DNA of 64,000 nt from the human T2T-CHM13v2.0 reference genome, Homo sapiens. The notes under the pieces were generated by a model that was not told where the DNA came from, searched no databases, and saw nothing but the letters and a program-made list of their open reading frames with translations. A program made the position numbers and the translations under genes. The stretch is taken from NCBI RefSeq assembly GCF_009914755.1, contig NC_060925.1. The stretch is one strand, 5' to 3'. Of this stretch, positions 40,511 through 64,000 are shown piece after piece. Within the stretch, counting starts at the first letter, position 1; each line of letters begins with the position of its first letter.

Positions 40511-41025
40511 TGTTACAACAGTGGGTAGCTAATTAGGTATGAGCAGGGCAGGAGAGGGCTCCCCACACACAGACACACACACACACACGCACTAGGAGTG
40601 TTGGGCGCCAATCAGGTGATGGTCAGGCGGTTGTTAACTGTTTCCTTAAAGTAGTAATCATTCACAGCTGGTGCCAGGGAACAGCAGTCTCCTAATAGAT
40701 ACAAAACACCTGAAACTGATCAGCAGCTTCCCAATAAGATCTCAGGAGTTGGGAGAAGTAACACAAGATCCTGGAAGGATGCCAACGTATAAAACCCCGA
40801 GTCAAGAGGTCAAGTTGTGCACTTGGTCTCTTGAGTCACCCACTTGGCTTGTATTTCCAAGTGTACTTTCCTTACTGCTCTAAAGCTTTTTATAAACTTT
40901 CCCTCGTGTGCTAAAACTTGCCTCAGTCTCTCCTTCTGCCTTATGCCCCTCAGTTGATTTTTTTCTTCCCAGGAGGCAAGAACTGAGGTTGCTGCAGACC
41001 CATGTGGATAACTACCACTGGTAAA
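40511..41025 (+). mobile_element. MER50-like solo LTR
   Basis: TGTTA...ATGAGCAGGGCAGGAGAGGGCTCCCC start, TATAAAA box, AAAG on both flanks. Confidence 0.7.
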
Positions 41026-41036
41026 AAAAGTACTCA

Positions 41037-41108
41037 TTCCCTAAGTCGGGAATTGAACCCTGGCCACCACTGTGAAAAGACAGAGTCTTATCCACTAAGC
41101 CACAGCAT
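41037..41108 (-). pseudogene. tRNA-Glu(TTC)-like relic inside the ERV leader
   Basis: A box TGGCTTAGTGG, TTTTCAC anticodon loop, B box GGTTCAATTCC and 3' AGGGAA. Stems degenerate. Confidence 0.6.
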
Positions 41109-41548
41109 CGGGCAGTTTCTGCTGCTCTTCCCGGAAGTAGCCTAGAGAGGTCAATTTTGAACTTCAAATGGCTTTTAAATGTTCAAAATAATTTTCAGAG
41201 CTGTTACATGAACTCCGAAATTCCTGTTCCCTGGATGATGGAGACCAAGACAAAGTATTGCTCTATGGTTACAAGATCAATCTCCCAATGACATTAAACA
41301 AGAAGATAGAGAAACCTCATCCAGCTTTTTTGTTTCAGGGATCTTCAGCAAAGTTTGTAACTAACCAGTTTGCCAGAATGGCTTGAACAGTGAGCTTATG
41401 GGGGTCCTAGGCCCACATTCTATTTTATTGTACCCCTTTTTATGACAGAACAATGCAGAAGGACACATTCATAGCACAAAGTACACCAGATTTGCTACAG
41501 CTTAAGACCAGCCTCACGAATCCTTTTACTCATTAATTAAAACTTTGC

Positions 41549-42182
<634 letters not shown>

Positions 42183-42971
42183 AAGGGGTGGAACACAAAA
42201 ATCCATGCAAATTTCCAAAAGCCAAATTTTACACCCCCTGCAATATTGCCATTTACTACCTGTTTCTTTCTGACCCAGTCAGATGTAAGAGGCTTCTAAC
42301 TAGATCCAAGCCAGTTGATCAGTTAATTACTGAATCCAATCTGGTCCTGGACCCAGTCTGGTTTCTGTCAGGACTTTCAAACCAAGTTTGGATCAGAAAT
42401 TTACTCAGAGAAACTCAGAGAGCTCAAAACACAAATCTATGGCGCTTCGGAATCCGAGAGAGAACTTACCCATGATCCCTGCTTGGTCACTCAGCACTCC
42501 TGGGGGTTGTGAGAAGCTCTACTTCAGATCCCACTTCTGACACCATCTGAAAAACTTCAGCCAAATTAAATTTAAAAGAGTTTAATTGAGCAGTGAATGA
42601 TTGATGAATTGGGCAGCCTCCTGAGCCAGGGTAGACTCAGAGACTCCAACAGGGCTATATGGTGGAAAATTTATGGACAGAAAAAGGAAAGTGATGTATG
42701 GAAAATGAAAGTGAGATGCAGAAACAGCTGCATTGGTTATAGCTTGGTATTTGCCTAATTTGAACATTTAGCCACATTTGACTGACCAAAACTTGGTGGT
42801 GATTGGCACAAGAGTAGACTACAGTTTGTTTATACTTCCATTTAGGCCATAGTTCGTGATGTACAGAGAAACCTTTAGGCCAAACTTAAAATATGTAAGG
42901 AGGCAGCTGTAGGCTAAATTTGATTTAACAATGGAGAAAATTTAAGATTACATCACCCAAACAGAAAGAAG

Positions 42972-44671
<1,700 letters not shown>

Positions 44672-44699
44672 AGCTATCACTTAAAAATAGCAGCAAGTG

Positions 44700-47400
44700 A
44701 ATGAGTAAGTCAGCCTCACCTTCAAAATAGTCTAACCTGACCACCATTCACAACCCTACTGCTTTCATCCTCTTCTAAGCCACTAGCATCCCCTGGCTGG
44801 CTGCAAGTCTCCTCATTGGTCTCTCTGCTTCTGCTCTTGGCAGTCTTCAGTATATCCTCAACACAGCCAAAGTCATCCTGTTAAATCAGGCTACCCTCCT
44901 ACTCAGACCTCTCTGAAGGCTTCTAGTCTTGCCCAGAAGGCCCACAATATCCTACACAATCTGCTCCCATCTTACCTTTGTGCTGTCATGACCTGCTGCT
45001 TTCCTCCATACTTATGCAGCTTCTGCTAGCCAAATCTCCCTGCAGCTCCCTGAACACAGTGAAGATACTCCCATCTCAATACCTTGGCAGTTGCTATTCC
45101 CTCTGCCTGGTACTTTATGGCTCAATCCCTCACCTTCTTCAGATCCTTCCTCAATGTCACCTTCTCACTGAAGTCTTCTTTAAAGATCTATTAAAGTTGT
45201 AAACCACCACCACCCCCAATATATCTATGTCGCTACTCAACTTTCTTTTTCTCCATAGCACTTTTCAAACTTAACATTCTAGTCTGGGTGTGGTGGCTCA
45301 TGCCTGTAATCCCAGCACTTTGGGAGGCTGAAGCGGGGGGATCATTTGAGCCCAGGAGTTCAAGAACAGCTGGGCAACATAAGGAGACCTGGTTTAAAAA
45401 AATAAAAATAAATAAATAAATTAAAACTTGACATTCTATTATTTATTTTTATAGCATATTGTATATTTCCTGGTACTAGGGTACAATCTCCAGAAAGGCA
45501 GAAATGTGTACCTGACTTGTTGCTATATCCCCAGCATCTAGAATATGTTCTGGCACATAATAGGCTCGCAATTAATGCTTTTAAAAGAAATAAACACACA
45601 AATTTGTGATTAGAAAACATTCATGAAGCCTGCTGTTAGTTCTAGAGCAGCCACTAAAAGGATAGAAAAAAAGCTTACAATTTTAAAACTAGTAGAGAGA
45701 AAAAAACAATGACACAATTGTGTCAGTTTCCTAGGGTTGCCATAACAAATTGTCACAACCTAGGTGGCTTTTTAAGAAATTACTCTATTTCAGAGGTGAG
45801 AAGTCCAAAATTAAGGCATCAGCAGGACTGTGCTCTGTCCAAAGACTCTGCAGGAGGATCTTCTCTTGCCTCATCCAGCTTCAGGTAGAAAGCAATCCTT
45901 GGGTTTTTTGTTTGTTTGCTTTTGGTTTTGATAGAAATGGAGTTTCACTGTATTTTTTGCCCAGGCTGGTCTCAAACTCCTGGGCTCAAGCAATCATCCC
46001 ACCTCAGCCTCCCAAAATACTGGGATTACAGGTATGAGGCACCATGCCTGGCCAATCCTTGGTATTTATTGATTTGTGGCCACATAACTCCCTTCTCTGC
46101 CTCCGTCTTCATACAGCTGCCTTCCATCTGTGTGTGTTTCTGCATCTGTGTCTCTTCTCTTCTTATAAGGATATTAGTTATATTGGAATTAGGGCCCACC
46201 CTAATCCACTATAACTGCATTTTAAATAGTTGCATCTGCAAAAATCTCATTTCCAAATAAGGTCACATTCACAGGTACCTTGGATTAGGACTTTAACATA
46301 CCACTTTAGGGAACACAGTTCAACTCACAATAGCAATCATCAGTCTTGGTCTTGAATTATGTCTATATTCATACAGAATGCTCAGCAATGCTATGATCTG
46401 AACATTTATGTCCTCTCAAATTCATATGTAGGTTTGTTAATATCCTGTTTAGAATTGTTGCATATACAGTCATGAGGGTGGTTGGCTTATAATTATCTTT
46501 TCTTGTGATACTCTTGTGAGATTTTCATATCAAGGTTATGCTGGATACATTGTTAGAGGAGCAGCCCACAAGACCACCCTCACTTCTGACACCGATTGCA
46601 AGGTTGGGGTCCCCCAATATCCTCCTCCTCTCTGACATTAATTGTCAGCTTGGGGGGACCCCAAGACCACCCGTGAGTTTAATAATTCACAAGACAAACT
46701 CACAGTGCTCATGGAAAGTTACGGTTTATTGCAGCTAAGAATACAGGTTAAAATCAGCCAAGGGAAGGGGTACATAGGGCAGAGTTCAGGAAAGCTCTAA
46801 ACACAGAACTCCCAGTTGTCCTTTCCATGAGTTGTGGACAGTGTTAATTTCCTGACATCCAGTGTGTGATAATACTCGCAGAATATTGTCAACCAGGGAA
46901 GCTTACTCAGGCCAGTTTATTAGGCTCAATCACATAAATCTGGTCAGCTGCCCTCAGTCTCCTAGCCCTTGCAAAGTTTGAGCTGATACCACTGTTCTGG
47001 TGTGGGGTTTTCATGAGGTTGCAGTCACATGGTGGCTGGGGTTGGGATAATCTTTAAGACTCTTTCTCTAACATGTCCGATCCCTGGGTGGGCAGACTGA
47101 AACAGCTACAGAAAGAAGCATATATGGCTTCTTGGGCATCTTTCTACTTCTATATGATCTTTTCACATGGTCTCTCCAGCATAGCAGCTTCAGGATAGTG
47201 GACTTCTCACTTAATAAATCAGGATCCGAAGGCACAAGTCCTAAGAAAGAGAAAGCCAGGAAGAAGCTGTATCATTTTTTAGGATGCAGTCTCAGAGGTC
47301 ACACTTCTGCCATATTCTTTTCATGAAAACTTAGTCACTAAGCCCGCCCAAATTTGGTGGGGTGGGGGGAATTACCAAAGAATTGGCAGGCTATATGCAG
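44700..47400. mobile_element. Ancient repeats: L2-like (~44700-45590), MLT1 (~45720-46335), MER21-like (~46550-47000), Alu monomers
   Basis: L2 3' motif (CAGCATCTAGAATATGTTCTGGCACATAATAGG) and MLT1 termini. Boundaries approximate. Confidence 0.55.
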
Positions 47401-47659
47401 AATATGCCATATCAGTGAATTTTCTATGTCAGAATAATCTTTCCAAGGTGAAAAACAATACTGGGTCAGGGTTGGTCTCTGGATTTTGAAAGCAACACAT
47501 ATAACATGTGAGCCTGCTGCTTTCATCTAGGCCAATTTTAAGTGGGGCACAAAGCAAGAAAAGCCTCCACGGCAAGTCTAGGCTTTGATGAAAATTTTCC
47601 TTCCACGTGGACCTTATGGTTGAGCATACCATATAAGATTGCTAGTTGGAAAAGGTATT

Positions 47660-49249
47660 TTAGCTCTCCCTTTCCCCTCCCCCTCCCCCCTCCCTCTCAC
47701 TCTCCTTCTCCCGCTTTCTGCTCGGTCTCCCTCTCCCTCTGTCCTTCTCCGGCTTTCCACGGTCTCCCTCTGTTGCCGAAGCTGGACTGTACCGCCATGA
47801 TCTCCGCTCGCTGCAACCTCCCTGCCTTTTTCTCCTGCCTCAGCCTGCCCAGTGCCTGGGATTGCGGGCGCGCGCCGCCAGGCCTGACTGGTTTTTGTAT
47901 TTTTTGGTGGAGATGGGGTTTCGCCCTGTTGGACGGGCTGGTCTCCAGCTCTTGACCGTGAGTGATCTGCCCGCCTCAGCCTCCCGAGGTGCTGGGACTG
48001 CAGACGGAGTCTCGCTCACTCAGTGCTCAGTGTTGCCCAGGCTGGAGTGCAGTGGGGTGATCTCGGCTCGCTACAACCTCCACCTCCCAGCCGCCTGCCT
48101 CGGCCTCCCAAAGTGCCGAGATTGCAGCCTCTGCCCGGCCGCCACCCTGTCTGAGAGGTGAGGAGCGTCTCTGCCTGGCTGCCCATCGTCTGGGATGTGA
48201 GGAGCCCCTCTGCCCAGCCGCCCAGTCTGGGAAGTGAGGAGCCTCTCTGCCCGGCCGCCCATCGTCTGGGATGTGGGGAGCGCCTCTGCCCGGCTGCGAC
48301 CCCGTCTGGGAACTGAGGAGCCTCTCTGCCCGGCTGCCACCCTGTCTGGGAGGTGAGGAGCGTCTCTGCCCGGCCGCCCCATCTGAGAGGTGAGGAGCCC
48401 CTCTGCCCGGCAGCCGCCCCGTCTGGAAAGTGAGAAGCCCCCTCCGCCCGGCAGCCACTCCGTCCGGGAGGTGGGGGGCAGCCCCCGCCCAGCCAGCCAC
48501 CCCATCCGGGAGGTGGGGTCAGCCCCCGCCCTGCCAGCCGCCCCGTCCGGGAGGTGGGGGGCAGCCCCTGCCCGGCCAGCCGCCCCGTCCGGGAGGTGGG
48601 GGGTGCCTCCGCCCAGCCGCCGCCCTGTGTGGAAGGTGGGGGGGCGCCTCTGCCCGGCCGCCCCGTCTAGGAAGTGAGGAGCCCCTCTGCCCCGCCGCCA
48701 CCCCGTCTGGGAGGTGTGCCCAACAGCTCATTGAGAGCGGGCCATGATGATGATGACGGTTTTGTGGAATAGAGAGGGGGAAATGTGGGGAAAGGAGAGA
48801 GAGATCAGATTGTTACTGCGTCTGTGTGGAGGGAGGTGGACGTGGGAGACTCCAGTTTGTTCTGTACTAAGAAAAATTACTCTGCCTTGGGATGCTGTTA
48901 ATCTATAACCTTACCCCCAACCCCGTGCTCTCTGAAACATGTGCTGTGTCCACTCAGGGTTAAATGGATTAAGGGCGGTGCAAGATGTGCTTTGTTAAAC
49001 AGATGCTTGAAGGCAGCATGCTCGTTAAGAGTCATCACCACTCCCTAATCTCAAGTACCCAGGGACACAAACACTGTGGAAGGCTGCAGGGTCCTCTGCC
49101 TAGGAAAACCAGAGACCTTTGTTCACATGTTTATCTGCTGACCTTCCCTCCACTATTGTCCTATGACCCTGCCAAATCCTCCTCTCCGAGAAACACCCAA
49201 GAATGATCAATAAATACTAAAAAAAAAAATTAAAAAAAGAATACCACAG
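47660..49249 (+). mobile_element. Full-length SVA (older, SVA_B-like)
   Basis: CCCTCT-type head, antisense Alu-like region, GC-rich VNTR, SINE-R, AATAAA and A tail. TSD GGAAAAGGTATT at 47648-47659 and 49250-49261. Confidence 0.95.
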
Positions 49250-49489
49250 GGAAAAGGTATTGTATGGAGTCTCTGACAAGCCCCAATAGGAGAACCACAC
49301 CACTCACCTCTAGGGTTTTAGAGTAAGACTGTTTCTGTTTGGTCTTCTGCCAATTATTCTCCATTTGAACAGCTCCTGCCTTGCTGCTGGGTGCTGGAGA
49401 GGCTAAATGTATGACTAAGGAGCATCAAGTGACTACCAAACCCAAACTCCCCATCAAGCACTGGGTACGAACTGTGAGTAAAAACTTCC

Positions 49490-51200
<1,711 letters not shown>

Positions 51201-52030
51201 TGTTTTTTAGTTCCTTCTTCTTCCTCTTCCTCTTCCTCTTTTCTTCTTCTTCTTCTTTTTTTTTTTATTATTTTTTTTTTATTGATCATTCTTGGGTGTT
51301 TCTCAGAGAGGGGGATTTGGCAGGGTCATAGGACAATAGTGGAGGGAAGGTCAGCAGGTAAACAAGTGAACAAAGGTCTCTGGCTTTCCTAGGCAGAGGA
51401 CCCTGCAGCCTTCCACAGTGTTTGTGTCCCTGGGTACTTGAGATTAGGGAGTGGTGATGACTCTTAATGAGCATGCCGCCTTCAAGCATCTGTTTAACAA
51501 AGCACATCTTGCACCGCCCTTAATCCATTTAACCCTGAGTGGACACAGCACATGTTTCAGAGAGCACAGGGTTGGGGGTAAGGTCATAGATCAACAGCAT
51601 CCCAAGGCAGAAGAATTTTTCTTAGTACAGAACAAAATGAAGTCTCCCATGTCTACTCCTTTCTACACAGACACAGCAACAATCTGATTTCTCTATCTTT
51701 TCCCCACCTTTCCCCCTTTTCTATTCCACAAAACTGCCATCGTCATCATGGCCCGTTCTCAATGAGCTGTTGGGTACACCTCCCAGACGGGGTGGTGGCC
51801 AGGCAGAGGGGCTCCTCACTTCCCAGAAGGGGCGGCCGGGCAGAGGCACCCCCCACCTCCCTCCCAGAGGGGGCGGCTGGCCGGGCGGGGGCTGACCCCC
51901 CACCTCCCTCCCGGATGGGGAGGCTGGCCGGGCGGGGGCTGACCCCCACCTCCCTCCCGGCCGGGGAGGCTGGCCAGGCGGGTGCTGCCCCCCACCTCCC
52001 TCCCGGATCGGGCGGCTGGCCGGCAGGGGG

Positions 52031-52032
<2 letters not shown>
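51201..52032 (-). mobile_element. 5'-truncated SVA (VNTR + SINE-R + tail), younger type
   Basis: T/CT-rich tail, SINE-R and VNTR units joined directly to L1 ORF2. No TSD visible. Confidence 0.93.
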
Positions 52033-57115
<5,083 letters not shown>

Positions 57116-57274
57116 AATATTTAGTATTTTAAATATTTAGTTTCTTGTTAGCTGGTCTTCAGTTGACTTGGTTCTCTATCCAGTTACAGCCATGGTGCAT
57201 GTTGCATGCAGTCGTCTATACATTATTTAAACGGGCTTAAATATTAAATGTGTTACCCACCAATAATAAAATAG

Positions 57275-59964
<2,690 letters not shown>

Positions 59965-60130
59965 TGAACATTTATTTTTATTCAATGGGTTCTTCCTAGC
60001 CACTGTGCAAGCCCAGAATATGTGAGGTGGAATTCACCAGAACCATAGGTATTCTTTTAAAATATCCCTCAACACATCAGCCAATTTATAAAAAGAATTC
60101 AAAGAAACATAGAGTTGCAAATTGATGTGA

Positions 60131-60136
60131 TTTAGT
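60131..60136 (-). terminator. Candidate ITLN2 poly(A) signal (ACTAAA variant)
   Basis: About 95 nt after the stop codon, followed by a U-rich tract. No AATAAA before it. Confidence 0.5.
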
Positions 60137-60229
60137 CTCCTCTCCTCCTTGTTAGAATTCCAGTTTTTCCGTCTCCAAATAGCCGGGGTTGGAAGATGGG
60201 TTCTCGCCCTGACACCGCAGAGCTCTGTC

Positions 60230-60502
<273 letters not shown>

Positions 60503-61114
60503 CTAGGATTACAGGTGTGAGCTACCACACCTGGCCCTCTGCATGTATTTTAAAGTAGTAATGCATGCAGGAACATACACAAACACGCACTAATGGACAG
60601 TCTGAGGAGCACAGAGCCAGTAGAGAAACTTGTCAAGGAAAAGGGCATAAAGACATATACTCTAGTCCACCCCCACTGCCCACGTGGTCGTCATCCTCCG
60701 AATTCTAATCTGCGAGTCCCTCCATGAGAGAATAGCTGCCTCATCTTAGCTGGAAAATGAAAAAGCTGAAAGCTGGGGCAGGGAAGATGGAACCGTGAGT
60801 TCAGACTGTCAGTTGGGGAGGGAAGGGGGCCCTAAGTGAATGCCCTTGTTCTTGATGGCTCTGACGCTCTCTTCCTCCAACCCCTAGGCACAGGATGTCC
60901 CTCAAATACAATCTCCCACCACTACAACTGTGGTGCTGTCTCCTACAAGACTGGAAAAACAATAAAAATATAAAGCTTCTAAAAGTTAAGATTAATATTG
61001 GAGAATATTTTCACGACCTCGGTGTAAGGAGGTACATCTTAAAGAAAACATTAAAAGTACTAACCATAAATGAAAAGTTTGATAAACTGAATTCCATTAA
61101 AATAAATTATACTC

Positions 61115-63156
<2,042 letters not shown>

Positions 63157-63687
63157 TCAAAGGATGAACTAGAAGCAGCATCCCATTGGCCAGTCCAGGG
63201 ACTCCCTAAGCCAAAAGCTGAGGCTACAGCCAAACACCCCAGGCTGTAGGGGTGCATCCCAGTACCTTTATGGCCAGTGGCTGGTGCACGTCAGTCCTAA
63301 ACTTGTCCCCAAGGAAACCTCTGTTCATAGGGGGCAAGAGGACAAAGGCTGGGACTCACAAAAGGACCCAGGTCTGCTTACAGCTTACAGGAGAAACTAG
63401 ACTCTACAAAAAGATTACCAAAAAGATCTGAGAAGGCCCAGCAGGAATAAGCAATGATCAGATGTGGCTGCCTATTGCTGTTTACACACTTCTCATCCAA
63501 TTACCATGGGTTAGTTTCCCTGACCATCACCTGCTTTCATCAAAATATCAAAGGCAAACAGTGATGTCTTTGATTTTTTTATCCACAACTTAACTTCTGT
63601 GCTCTTATTATACTGAAAACTGTCTTTTGTAAGATAATTAAAGTTATCCTTCATAACAAAAGTAAATCTCTCTCACCACTCTGCTAG

Positions 63688-64000
<313 letters not shown>

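Noticed and set aside
48130-48710. CRISPR-like spaced repeats
   Set aside because: Tandem SVA VNTR units without unique spacers, in primate DNA.
47542-48747. GC-rich ORFs of 95-157 aa
   Set aside because: Artefacts of the SVA Alu-like region and VNTR.

Overview
Primate (most likely human) genomic DNA from the intelectin locus. The non-coding first exon and promoter of ITLN1 are at the left edge, and the last two coding exons of ITLN2 are at the right edge, both on the minus strand. The ~60 kb between them is almost entirely mobile-element derived. It holds a full-length L1PA nested in an older L1, carrying a spermine synthase (SMS) retrocopy and a 3' transduction. It also holds a betaretrovirus-like provirus with an apparent tRNA-Trp primer site and a foreign insert replacing pro/RT, a G-to-A hypermutated LTR5, a MER57-type provirus full of nested elements, two SVAs, a truncated DDX56 retrocopy, a second inverted L1 and about 45 Alus. 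The most notable structures are a probable SVA-insertion-mediated deletion fusing DDX56 retrocopy/SVA/L1, patchy sequence sharing between the two inverted L1s, and the unusual provirus. I see no new protein-coding system. Family and subfamily names come from recalled consensus sequences, not a database search, and repeat edges without TSDs are approximate.
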